This document shows positions 44,764 through 54,231 of a stretch of 64,000 nt of DNA, piece after piece. Below the pieces are notes generated by a model that was given only the letters and a program-made list of their open reading frames with translations, did no database searches and was not told the DNA's origin. The DNA is taken from NCBI GenBank assembly GCA_003220475.1, contig QHSO01000004.1:6163-70162 (forward strand). Direction: 5' to 3'. Within the stretch, counting starts at the first letter, position 1, and the number at the start of each line of letters is the position of its first letter. The translations under genes and the position numbers were made by a program. Source of the stretch: Candidatus Rokuibacteriota bacterium. Lineage in GTDB: Bacteria > Methylomirabilota > Methylomirabilia > Rokubacteriales > CSP1-6.

Positions 44764-44779
44764 TGGTACTCGCATTGCT
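44764..44779 (+). promoter_or_regulatory. sigma54-like (-24/-12) promoter candidate
   Basis: TGGTAC-TCGCA-TTGCT has one mismatch to consensus and exact spacing. It lies upstream of the membrane GGDEF gene. The implied TSS near 44790 falls after GTG 44782, which favours ATG 44890 as the start. Confidence 0.4.
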
Positions 44780-44781
44780 CT

Positions 44782-45947
44782 GTGACGCCCCGGGGCGTTT
44801 TGCTCGCCCCGGAGGAGACTGCCATCAAGCGATCGGCATCATCGCTCATCGCTCCTGCACTGCTTCTGCCGACGGTGGCCCTGGTGTCGATGACGCCGGG
44901 CGTTCGGGACTCGGTCGTCGTCCATGCCGCACCGCTGCTCGTTTTCGGCGGCGGCGCGCTGCTCGGACTCATGACGGGACGCGGCCGCTTGCTGCTCGGA
45001 TTGATGGTGTTGGCGCTCACGACGGCGGCGTTGATCAACTTCGGCACGCGCACGACGTTCTATGCGGCGGCGCTGCTGCTGCCGCTCAATCTCGGCGTGA
45101 TTGCGTGGTTCGGCGAGACACGCGCGCTCTCGCGTCGCGGAGCGTCGTGGCTGGGGCTGATCCTGCTCCAGGCCGGCCTCGTCGGGCTCCTTCAAGTCCT
45201 GCATCCGACCGCGCTCGATGCCTCGCTCGAGCAGCCGCTCGTCGCCGTCGGCGGCGGCACGTGGACCTCTCTCCCACAGCTCGCCGTCTTTGCGTTCGCC
45301 GTGATGCGGGCGGGCCCTCCGAGCTCCACTTCGCGGCGGCCGGCATGCTGCTCGCGCTCGGCACGGTGCTCGAGCCGCGGCCCATGGTGCATCGCGACCC
45401 CGTCACCGGATTACCGGCCAGCCTCGAGTTCAACAAGATGATGCGGCACCTGTCACGGCACTATGCGCTCGCCTGCGTGGCCATCGACGACTTCAGGTCG
45501 TTTCGCCAGGAGCAGGGAGCCGAAGTCGCCGACCGGATGCTCCGGCGCGTGGCGCAGGAGCTCGCCAAGATTGGCGGCGGTGGACGCGTGTTCTACCTGA
45601 TGCGGGACCATCAGTTCGCGGTGGTGTTCCGGCACAAGTCGCCGGAAACGGCCGCCAGCCACCTCGATGTCGTCCGGCGTGCCGTCGAGCACGTGACCCT
45701 GGACGTCAAGGTCGCGCAGCCGACGAAATCAGGTCAGAAGGCGCCGGTGATCGTCCAGCGCACAGTTGGCGGCACGATCAGCGCAGGCATCGCCGAGCCG
45801 CAACGCGCCGACGTCGATCTGTTCAACGTGCTGCGAGACGCGGAGGATTCGCTGCGGCGCGCACAGCACGAGGGCATGAACCGCATCGTCGTGCACGTGT
45901 CGGCGGACGCATCGTCGGTGGTTCGCTCGGTCCCCGAAGCGATCTGA
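44782..45947 (+). pseudogene. membrane-anchored degenerate-GGDEF protein, frameshifted near 45305-45325
   Basis: A hydrophobic 5-6 TM N-terminus in frame 1 (ORF 44782..45441) continues as TM plus GGDEF domain in frame 0 (ORF 44754..45947 from ...SELHFAAAGMLLALG). The switch occurs at gcgggcgggccc. The signature motif is RDHQF instead of GG(D/E)EF. Confidence 0.55.
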
Positions 45948-45959
45948 AGGCCCGCCGGA

Positions 45960-47117
45960 TCAGCGCTTCGTGAACGTCGGCATCACGTCGGTCGCGAACG
46001 CGCGCAGCTGCTCCAGCATCACCGATTTCGGCGTGCCCATGCTGATGCTGACGTTGACGTACTCCAGCCCGGGATACCGCGACTCGATGTCCTTCAAGTA
46101 GGCGGTGAGCTCCTCCGGCGGGCCCGCGAACCAGGCGCCGTTCTTCATGTAGTGCTCGACCGTCGGCACGCCGGCGGCGTCCCAGCCGCCGCGCTTTGTC
46201 GAGGCCTCGAGCTGCGACGGCGTGATGCCGGGTACGAAGCCGAGCGGCCCGAACATCTTCACGTGCTCCTCGTAGAACGGCTTGATCTCGCGGATGGCCT
46301 TCTCGCGCGTCTCGGCCAGATGGATGAAAATCCCCAGGCAAAGGTTTTCGCCGAGCTTGAGGTTCTTGCCGGCGCGCGCGCCTGCCTCCCGATACGCGTG
46401 GAACGGCCCCTCGGCCATCGTGGCGGCGCCGCCGCCGATGATGCCCTTGATGCCGTGGCGGACCATGAAATCCAGCGCACGCGGTTTGGCGCTGACGATC
46501 GGCTGCCAGCACTCGACGGGGCGATGGATCGGGCGCGGTACGAGGGTCAGCTCCTTCAGCTCGTAGCCGCGGTACGGCACGGCGGGCGGCAACGTGTAGT
46601 GCTTGCCCTGGTGCGAGAACCGCTCGTTGTCGAACGCCTTGAAGATGATCTCGACCTGCTCCTCGAACAGCTCGCGGTTGGCCTCCTGATCCAGGATCGG
46701 GGCGCCGAACGTCTCGACCTCGCGCGAGTGATAGCCGCGACCGAGGCCGAAGATGACCCGGCCCTTCGTCAGGATGTCGGCGACGGCATAGTCCTCCGCC
46801 AACCGCAGCGGATGCCACATGGGGGCGATGTTGAAGCCGCAGCCAATCTTGATGCGCTTCGTGACGTGGGCGAGGTGGACGGCGTGGAGCAAGAGGTTGG
46901 GAATGACCTCGTAGCCCTCGTGCTGGAAATGGTGCTCCGCGAGCCAGATCGCGTAATAGCCCGCCTCGTCCATGCATTTCGCGATGGCGTCGGTCTTGTC
47001 GAAGACGGACGCCAGGCGCTCGTTGGAGAAGCGCCGCTCGTTGGCGGGCGTCGCGTCCTGGCCCATGTCCGGCAGGTCCACGTGGCCGGCGTAGACGGTC
47101 GCGAATTTGGTGATCAT
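45960..47117 (-). CDS. LLM-class flavin-dependent oxidoreductase
   Basis: ATG 47117 overlaps the upstream stop (ATGA) and gives 385 aa. Motifs are IWLAEHHF and GRVIFGLGRGY. Confidence 0.9.
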   Translation of the reverse strand: MITKFATVYAGHVDLPDMGQDATPANERRFSNERLASVFDKTDAIAKCMDEAGYYAIWLAEHHFQHEGYEVIPNLLLHAVHLAHVTKRIKIGCGFNIAPMWHPLRLAEDYAVADILTKGRVIFGLGRGYHSREVETFGAPILDQEANRELFEEQVEIIFKAFDNERFSHQGKHYTLPPAVPYRGYELKELTLVPRPIHRPVECWQPIVSAKPRALDFMVRHGIKGIIGGGAATMAEGPFHAYREAGARAGKNLKLGENLCLGIFIHLAETREKAIREIKPFYEEHVKMFGPLGFVPGITPSQLEASTKRGGWDAAGVPTVEHYMKNGAWFAGPPEELTAYLKDIESRYPGLEYVNVSISMGTPKSVMLEQLRAFATDVMPTFTKR

Positions 47118-48118
47118 TTGGGCGGCTCGATCAGCTCGGGGATGATCCACAACGGCTTGCGGCCGGCGGCGACGCGCTGGATGTTGTCGAAACCGTTGCG
47201 GAAGCGCCCGAGCCAGTTCTCCCACGTCGGTCCCGCGGAGTGCGGCGTGAGCGTGACGTTGGGGAGTGTGAACAGCGGATTGTCCTTCGCCGGAGGCTCG
47301 TCCACCAGCACGTCGAGCCCGGCGCCGCCGATCTTGCGGTCCCGGAGCGCCTGGTAGAGGGCCGGTTCGTCCACGACCGGTCCGCGGCAGGTGTTGATCA
47401 GGATCGCGTCCTTCTTCATCAGGCCCAGCTCGCGGGCACCGATCATGCCGCGCGTGACGTCGGTGAGCGGCACGTGCAGGGTCACGATGTCGGAGCTCCG
47501 CAGCAGCTCGGCCAACAGCACGAAGCGGATACTGAGCGCGTCTTCTTCGGCCTCGGTGAGGCGCAGGACGTCGTAGTACTGCACGCGCGCATCGAAGCCC
47601 CGGGCGCGCCGCGCCACCTTCTTGCCGATGTTGCCGAGCCCGACCACGCCCACCGTCCGCCCCGCCAGCTCCAGCACAGGAGCCTCCGAGGACGCCGGCG
47701 GCCGCCACCGGCCGGCCACCACGTCCTGATGGAAGCGCACGAGCTGCTTGAGCACCGCGAGCATCAGGAGGATCGTGTGCTCGGCCACGGCGATGGCGTT
47801 GGCGCCGCCGTTGTTGGCCACCGGGACCTTCGCCTTGCGGGCCGACTCGACGTCGACGCGATCGTAGCCCGCGCTGAGCAGCTGGACGAGCTTGAGCTTG
47901 GGCGCCGAGCGGAAGAATTCGCCGCCCATGTTGCGGGCCAGGCCCATGAAGTACTCCGCCTCGGCGGCGGCGTTGATGAACTCCGGCGTGCCGAAGTCGG
48001 CCATCACCAGCTCGAAGCCGGGCGGCGTGAGCGATTTCGCGATGTCGGTGATGACAGGATCCTGCTTGGGCGCGAACAGAATCTTCGTCGGCTGCGCCGT
48101 GGCGGCCTGGGGGCTCAT
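47114..48118 (-). CDS. D-isomer-specific 2-hydroxyacid dehydrogenase family protein
   Basis: The product is 334 aa. Motifs are GVVGLGNIGKKVA (NAD binding) and NTCRGPVVDE...TPHSAG. Confidence 0.9.
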   Translation of the reverse strand: MSPQAATAQPTKILFAPKQDPVITDIAKSLTPPGFELVMADFGTPEFINAAAEAEYFMGLARNMGGEFFRSAPKLKLVQLLSAGYDRVDVESARKAKVPVANNGGANAIAVAEHTILLMLAVLKQLVRFHQDVVAGRWRPPASSEAPVLELAGRTVGVVGLGNIGKKVARRARGFDARVQYYDVLRLTEAEEDALSIRFVLLAELLRSSDIVTLHVPLTDVTRGMIGARELGLMKKDAILINTCRGPVVDEPALYQALRDRKIGGAGLDVLVDEPPAKDNPLFTLPNVTLTPHSAGPTWENWLGRFRNGFDNIQRVAAGRKPLWIIPELIEPPK

Positions 48119-48459
48119 TGCTGCGCCAGCGGCACGGTCGCGGTCAGCACCGGCTCGCCGCCCACCACCCGCGTCGTATGGCCCTTGCCGGTGGTGTCCT
48201 CGACCAGGCGCGCGTCGCCGGGACCGAACACCTGCGTGCTGCCGTCACCGCAGCCGATCTCGAGCTGCCCCGAGAGAATGATGACGAACTGTCGGCGCGG
48301 CGCCGGGTGCCAGTCGAGGAACCGATCCTTCGGCCAGACGCTGAACGAGATCTGCGTGGTCGGCAGGCCCTTGAGCCAGTCGCCCTTCTTCTCGATGTCG
48401 ATCGGCTCGAGATGCGACTGCCCGTCCGCCCCGGTGTAGAGCCGCCAGGTCTTCTTCAT
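48115..48459 (-). CDS. small cupin-like protein
   Basis: ATG 48459 gives 114 aa. Both ends overlap neighbouring genes by ATGA. Confidence 0.7.
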   Translation of the reverse strand: MKKTWRLYTGADGQSHLEPIDIEKKGDWLKGLPTTQISFSVWPKDRFLDWHPAPRRQFVIILSGQLEIGCGDGSTQVFGPGDARLVEDTTGKGHTTRVVGGEPVLTATVPLAQQ

Positions 48460-49670
48460 CGCGCGCTGCCCTCGAGCGCGAAGCCGTAGAGCTGCGCGGC
48501 GTTCTCGCAGACGATCTTGCGGCGGACGTCGGCGGGCAGGTGGCCCAGCTCGCGCTGCACGTACTCGCGCGAGTCCGGCCACACGCCGTCGGGATGCGGG
48601 AAGTCCGAGCCCCACATGATCTTGTCGACGCCGAGCTCGTCGATGAGCTTGATCCCGATCGGATCCGTCTGGTACGTGGCCCAGCACTGCCGCTTCCAGT
48701 ACTCGCTCGGCGGCATCGTCAGCGAGAGGTCCTTGAACTGGTCCTCCCACTCGGCGTCCATGCGCCAGAGGATGTAGGGGATCCAGCCGATGCCCGACTC
48801 GCCGAGCACCAGGCGCATCCCGCGATAGCGCTCGAGCGCGCCCGAGAAGATGATCGAAGCGAGGATGTTCGCCATGTTGACCTGGAACTGCGTGATGCTC
48901 GTGGCGAAGGCCGCGCGGGCGACGGGCAGCTCGACGGCCGGCGCATCGGGCAGCGCCGCCCGCGACGGATCGCTACCCACGAAGATGATCTTGCGGATGT
49001 GGTCGGGCACGTAGCCGCCGACGGTGTGGAAGTGCAGCGGCAGTCCCGACGCGTTGACGACTTCCCACAGCGGATTCCAGTACGGATCCCACAGCGGCTT
49101 GAGATCGGGCGAGTTCGCGATGTCCAGCCCGCGCAGCGCGCCGCGCTTGGCCACGCGCTCGACCTCCGTGATGGCGGCATCGAGCGGATGGTTCGGGATC
49201 GACGCGAGGCCGGCATAGCGCTCGGGGTGCGCCGAGCAGAAGTCGGCGAGCCACTCGTTGTAGACCCGCATCACTTCGACGGTGGCCTCGGGATCGTTCA
49301 TGCGGCTCGTCGCGCCGAGGATGCCGTAGAGCACCTCGGCCTGCACGCCGTCGCGGTCTTGATCTTTCAGGCGCAGGTCCGGATCGCTCAGCCGCCGGAT
49401 GCCCTTCTTGCCGTCCTCGTACAGTCCCGTCGCCGCCATGCGGTCGGCGCGATGGATGCGGCCCGGCACGTACTCGCGTCCTGCGGAGCCCATGCCGTTG
49501 ACGAGCCCGAGGTTCGCGCCCTTCTTCGTCACCCAGCGCTTGCCCTTCGGATCGTCGGCCACGTACGGCATGCGGTCACGCATGTCCGCCGAGGCGTGCG
49601 AGACGAAGAGATCGGTCGGCAGCCAGCAGAGGTCGAGGTGGCAATCGGCGGAGATCATCTCGTAACGCAT
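48456..49670 (-). CDS. amidohydrolase-2 family protein
   Basis: ATG 49670 follows AGGAGG. Motifs are ISADCHLD, LHFHT and WGSDFPHPD. Confidence 0.9.
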   Translation of the reverse strand: MRYEMISADCHLDLCWLPTDLFVSHASADMRDRMPYVADDPKGKRWVTKKGANLGLVNGMGSAGREYVPGRIHRADRMAATGLYEDGKKGIRRLSDPDLRLKDQDRDGVQAEVLYGILGATSRMNDPEATVEVMRVYNEWLADFCSAHPERYAGLASIPNHPLDAAITEVERVAKRGALRGLDIANSPDLKPLWDPYWNPLWEVVNASGLPLHFHTVGGYVPDHIRKIIFVGSDPSRAALPDAPAVELPVARAAFATSITQFQVNMANILASIIFSGALERYRGMRLVLGESGIGWIPYILWRMDAEWEDQFKDLSLTMPPSEYWKRQCWATYQTDPIGIKLIDELGVDKIMWGSDFPHPDGVWPDSREYVQRELGHLPADVRRKIVCENAAQLYGFALEGSAR

Positions 49671-49678
49671 GGGTCCTC

Positions 49679-50430
49679 CTAGAGTCCGCGCCAGTAGCGC
49701 CGGCCTTCGAGTCGCACGATGCGGCCGAAGCCCGGCGCCTCGAAGTGGCCTGCCGCGACGACGATTTCCTCGCGCTCGACCCGATCGAGCAGCGTGCGCC
49801 GCGTCTGACGGGTGAGGTCCGGATCCATGTCCGCGCGCGAGACCCAGTCGGGCTCCTGCAATTGCACCGGGCTGTGCGCGGCATCGCCCAGCACGAGGGC
49901 GCGCTCGCCGTGCGAGGTGACCAGGATCGACATGTGGCCCGGCGTGTGGCCGGGCGTCGGCACCGCGGTGAGCGTGCGCGTGAGCGCGTGCTCGCCCTTC
50001 ATGAACTCGACCAGACCGAGATCCGCGAGCGGCCAGACGCATGTCGGCGCGTTCGGAAAACGCGTGGGCTGCACGTCGGGCTGGTGGCACGCCTCCCAGT
50101 CCTTGGTGCTCACCCAGTACCGCGCCTTCGGAAACGTCGGCACCCAGCGCCCGCCCGCGTCGGTGAGATTCCAGCCGACGTGATCGCGGTGGGCGTCTCC
50201 TTCGGCCGCGGGCCCAGTCCCGTGTCGATCAGGATCGTGCGGCCGTCCGCCCGGATCAGATACGAGCCGAGGTTGAAGCGGACCTTGTGCTCGTCGGTGA
50301 GATGGGCGTCGTACGGCTGCCACTGTTCTTCGGGGATGGTCGGGAAGAAGTTGCAGAGGTCGAACTCGAGGGAGCCGTCGGAGAGCGCCATGATCTCGAC
50401 GTCGCCGACGCGGATCACGTGGTTGGGCAT
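49679..50430 (-). pseudogene. MBL-fold metallo-hydrolase with internal deletion and frameshift
   Basis: The N-terminal ORF (ATG 50430 ... RTILIDTGLGP) and the C-terminal ORF (...HRDHVGWN...PTPGHTPGH...) are in different frames. Only 17 nt (50192-50208) separate GLGP from HRDH, where MBL enzymes have about 35-50 aa. Confidence 0.6.
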
Positions 50431-50537
50431 GGTGGGGCGGAAGCGTACCACAGGCGCGTGACCGGCCGCTTCCGGCGCACGGCGTGCTGATACACTACCG
50501 GCCGACCGACGACCCAGAGCCGCGAATGGAGGAGCGC

Positions 50538-51566
50538 ATGTCGAAGCGAATCCCATCGGTGATGGCCGCCGCGCTCGGCGTGCTCGTCGCCGTGTCGTCC
50601 GCGCCGGCGCAGACCACGACGCTCACGATGTCGTCGTGGGTGTCGCCGCAGCATCATCTGACCGCCAACGTTCTGCAGGGCTGGGCCAACGAGGTCGAGA
50701 AGGCGACCGGCGGCCGCGTGAAGTTCACGATGCTGCCCAAGCACCCGTCGGCGCCGCCCGGGACCTTCGACGCCGTGCGCGACGGTCTCGTCGATCTCTC
50801 GTACGTGACGGCGTCGTACACACCCGCGCGCCACATCCTGCCGCTCATGGCCGAGCTGCCCGGCGCCGGCGACACCGCGCTCGCCAATTCCGTGGCGTAC
50901 TCGCGGATCCACTGGAAGTATTTCCAGAAGGTCGGCGAGTACAAGGGCGTGAAGCTGCTCGGCGTGTTCACGCACGGGCCCGGGCAGATGTTCACCAAGA
51001 AGCCGGTGAACGGCATCGCCGACGTGCAGGGTCTGAAGATCCGCACGGGCGGCGGCATCGCGGAGCAGGTCGGGAAAGCGCTCGGCGCCTCGGCCTTCGT
51101 CAAGCCGGCGCCGGAATCGTACGAGCTACTGTCGAGCGGCGTCGCCGACGGCGTCTTTTTCCCGCTGGAGTCGATCATCTCGTTCAAGCTCGACACGGTG
51201 CTCGAGCAGGCCACGCTCTTTCCCGGCGGCATGTACTCGTCGTCGTTCGGCTTCTTCATGAACGAGGACAAGTGGAACAAGCTGCCGAAGCAGGATCAGG
51301 AGGCCATCGAGAAGATCTCCGGCGAGCACATCGCGCGGCTGGCTGGCAAATCCTGGGACGAGGCCGACGCCAAGGGCCTGGAGGCGCTCAAGAAGTCCGG
51401 CGTGAAGATCGTGCAGGCCGGTCCCGCCTTCGTCGCCGAGGTGAAGAAGCGCTCGGCGCCGATCGTCGACGACTGGATCACGAAGGCCAGCGCGAAGGGC
51501 GTCGACGCGGCGAAGATCCTCAAGGAGTTCCACGAGGAGCTGAAGAAGGCCGCCGCCGGCAAGTGA
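50538..51566 (+). CDS. TRAP transporter substrate-binding protein (DctP family)
   Basis: ATG 50538 follows GGAGGAG. A signal peptide and the DctP-family body are present. Confidence 0.9.
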   Translation: MSKRIPSVMAAALGVLVAVSSAPAQTTTLTMSSWVSPQHHLTANVLQGWANEVEKATGGRVKFTMLPKHPSAPPGTFDAVRDGLVDLSYVTASYTPARHILPLMAELPGAGDTALANSVAYSRIHWKYFQKVGEYKGVKLLGVFTHGPGQMFTKKPVNGIADVQGLKIRTGGGIAEQVGKALGASAFVKPAPESYELLSSGVADGVFFPLESIISFKLDTVLEQATLFPGGMYSSSFGFFMNEDKWNKLPKQDQEAIEKISGEHIARLAGKSWDEADAKGLEALKKSGVKIVQAGPAFVAEVKKRSAPIVDDWITKASAKGVDAAKILKEFHEELKKAAAGK

Positions 51567-52450
51567 CCGTTCCGGTCGGCCTCAACGTCTGGTCGCGCCT
51601 GGTCGAAGCGACCTTTCCGTACTTCGATCGCACCGTCGGTCCGTTCGACTCCGTGTGGCTGCCCGATCACGTTCAGTACAACGGCCACAAGGTCGCCGAA
51701 GGCTGGACGCTGCTGACGTGGGCGCTGGCGCGCTACCCGGACAAGACGTGCGGCCACGAGGTGCTCTGCAACAGCTTCCGCAATCCCGCGCACACGGCCA
51801 AGATGGTGGCCACCGCGCAGGCGCTCTCCGGTGGCCGCGTCATTCTCGGCATCGGTGCGGGCTGGAATCGCGAGGAGTATCTCGCCTACGGCTGGCCGTT
51901 TCCGCCGACGCCGGTGCGCATCGCCCAGCTCGGCGAGGCGATCGAGCTCATCCGGCGTCTGTGGAGCGACTCGCCGGCGTCGTATGCGGGCGAGCACTAT
52001 CGCATCGCCGACGCCCACTGTGAGCCGCCCCCGGTGCCGATTCCGCCGATCATGGTCGGCGGCCACGGCGAGAAGCATCTGCTGCGCGCAGTCGCCCGGC
52101 ACGCCGACTGGTGGAATTACGGCTTCACCGAGCACGACCTCTACGCGCACAAGCAGGCGGTCCTCAGGGCGCACTGCAAGGAGGTCGGACGCGACTACGA
52201 CTCGATCGTGCAGGTCGTTCGCGTCGGCATCCTGATCGCCGAGACCGAGCGCGAGGTCGAGCGACTCAAGACCGCGCCGGGCGTTCGGCCGATGAGCGAC
52301 ATCCGGCTCGCCGGCACGCCCGCGCAGGTGACGGAGACGCTGCAGCGTATCGTGCGTCAGGGCGCGCAGCGCCTGACGGTCAACTTCGCCGATGCGCCGC
52401 GGCCCGACGGGACCCTGCTGTTCGCGCAGACCGTTCTCCCGTGGCTCTAG
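51563..52450 (+). CDS. LLM-class F420/flavin-dependent oxidoreductase
   Basis: GTG 51563 overlaps the DctP stop (GTGA) and gives 295 aa. Motifs are GRVILGIGAGW and IMVGGHGEK. Confidence 0.85.
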   Translation: MTVPVGLNVWSRLVEATFPYFDRTVGPFDSVWLPDHVQYNGHKVAEGWTLLTWALARYPDKTCGHEVLCNSFRNPAHTAKMVATAQALSGGRVILGIGAGWNREEYLAYGWPFPPTPVRIAQLGEAIELIRRLWSDSPASYAGEHYRIADAHCEPPPVPIPPIMVGGHGEKHLLRAVARHADWWNYGFTEHDLYAHKQAVLRAHCKEVGRDYDSIVQVVRVGILIAETEREVERLKTAPGVRPMSDIRLAGTPAQVTETLQRIVRQGAQRLTVNFADAPRPDGTLLFAQTVLPWL

Positions 52451-52932
52451 CCGGGCCGCCCGTCGCCGCCCAGCCGCCGGACAAGCCGCGCGCCGATGCG
52501 CTGCTCGGCATCGCCGCCTCCGCAATCCTCCTGGCGATGATGCTGCTGACGGTGGTCGACGTGGTCGCGCGCTACGTCTTCAGCCGGCCGGTGCGCGGCG
52601 CCTTCGAGGTCACCGAGCTGATGCTGGTCGTGCTGATCTTCGCCGGACTGCCGCTGGTGTCGTTCTCCGAGGAGCACGCGGTCATGGACTTCATCGATCG
52701 CGTTACCGGCACCCGGGCGCGGCGGTGGCTGCGGCGCGCCGTCGAGGCGGCGAGCGCGGCCTTCATGTTCCTGATGGCGTGGCTCATGTGGGTCAAGGCC
52801 GACCGTATCTGGGCCTATCGCGACGCCACCGACGTCCTGCGCATCCTGTACGGCCCGTTCGTGTACTTCATGGTCCTCACGCTCGCGCTCGCCGGTCTCA
52901 TCCACCTCCGCAAGGCCGTGGCGCGCCGGTGA
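52441..52932 (+). CDS. TRAP transporter small permease (DctQ family)
   Basis: GTG 52441 overlaps the LLM gene by 10 nt. The product has 4 TM helices and the motif VVDVVARYVFSRP. The start is uncertain. Confidence 0.75.
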   Translation: MALAGPPVAAQPPDKPRADALLGIAASAILLAMMLLTVVDVVARYVFSRPVRGAFEVTELMLVVLIFAGLPLVSFSEEHAVMDFIDRVTGTRARRWLRRAVEAASAAFMFLMAWLMWVKADRIWAYRDATDVLRILYGPFVYFMVLTLALAGLIHLRKAVARR

Positions 52933-54227
52933 TCGAAGGACTCGTCGGTCTCGGCATCATGATGCTGCTCTGCGCGCTGCGCGTGCCCATCGCATTCGCG
53001 ATGGCCATCGTCGGCATCGCCGGCTACGCGTACATGCGCGACTGGAACTGGACGGTGGCCTTCGCGATGACGCAGACGAAGCTCTACGAGACGGGCCGCA
53101 ACTACACGCTGTCCGTGGTGCCACTGTTCATCCTGATGGGCAACTTCGTCACCCGCGCCGGCATGTCGCAGGAGCTGTTCCGCGCCGCGTACGCGTTCAT
53201 CGGCCACCTGCGCGGCGGGCTGGCGATGGCGACGGTGTGGGCCTCGGCGGGCTTCGGCGGTATCTGCGGCTCGTCGATCGCCACCGCCGCGACGTTCGCC
53301 AAGGTCGCGTACCCATCGATGAAGAAGTTCGGTTACTCCGACCGCCTCGCCGCCGGCGTCGTCGCGGGCGGCGGCACGCTCGGCATCATGATCCCGCCCT
53401 CCACGATCATGGTCATCTACGGCATTTTCACCGAGACCAACATCGGCAAGCTCTTCGCCGCCGGCATCGTGCCCGGGATCGTCGGCGCCATTCTGCTTTG
53501 CGGCGCCGTGCAGTACATGACCTGGCGCGACCCCACCTCCGGCCCGCGCGGCGAGCGCTCGAGCTGGCATGAGCGCCTGCGCGCGCTGAAGGACGTGTGG
53601 GCCGTCGGCGCGCTGTTCTTGTTCGTGATGGGCGGCATCTACGGTGGGCTCTTCACGGCCACCGAGGGGGCGGCCATGGGCGCGTTCGGCGCGATGATCT
53701 TCGCGCTCTGGCGCCGCGCGCTCACGTGGCGCACCCTCTACGCCGCGCTGCTGGAGAGCGCGCGCACGACATCCATGCTGTTCATGATCCTGATCGGCGC
53801 GCTCATCTTCGCCGAGTTCGTGAACATCACCACCATGCCGGCGGATCTCAAGGCGTGGGTCACGCACTTCAACGTGCGGCCCACCGTCGTCGTGGCCGCG
53901 ATCTGCGCCGTCTACGTGGTGCTCGGCACGGCCATGGAAGAGCTGTCGATGATCCTGCTCACGATCCCGGTCTTCTTCCCGGTCATCGTGCACCTGGGCT
54001 TCGATCCGATCTGGTTCGGCATCATCATCGTGTGCGTGGTCGAGATCGGCCTCATCAGCCCCCCGGTCGGCATGAACATGTTCGTCCTGCGAACGCTCAT
54101 CCCCGAGCTCAGCACGGCGACCATCTTCAGCGGGGTGCTGCCGTTCATGTGGGCCGACGTCCTGCGCCTGGCCATTCTGGTGGCGTTTCCGTGGCTTGCG
54201 CTGTGGCTGCCAAGCATGATGCGATGA
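52929..54227 (+). CDS. TRAP transporter large permease (DctM family)
   Basis: GTG 52929 overlaps the DctQ stop (GTGA). The product is a 432-aa polytopic membrane protein. Confidence 0.9.
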   Translation: MIEGLVGLGIMMLLCALRVPIAFAMAIVGIAGYAYMRDWNWTVAFAMTQTKLYETGRNYTLSVVPLFILMGNFVTRAGMSQELFRAAYAFIGHLRGGLAMATVWASAGFGGICGSSIATAATFAKVAYPSMKKFGYSDRLAAGVVAGGGTLGIMIPPSTIMVIYGIFTETNIGKLFAAGIVPGIVGAILLCGAVQYMTWRDPTSGPRGERSSWHERLRALKDVWAVGALFLFVMGGIYGGLFTATEGAAMGAFGAMIFALWRRALTWRTLYAALLESARTTSMLFMILIGALIFAEFVNITTMPADLKAWVTHFNVRPTVVVAAICAVYVVLGTAMEELSMILLTIPVFFPVIVHLGFDPIWFGIIIVCVVEIGLISPPVGMNMFVLRTLIPELSTATIFSGVLPFMWADVLRLAILVAFPWLALWLPSMMR

Positions 54228-54231
54228 GGGG

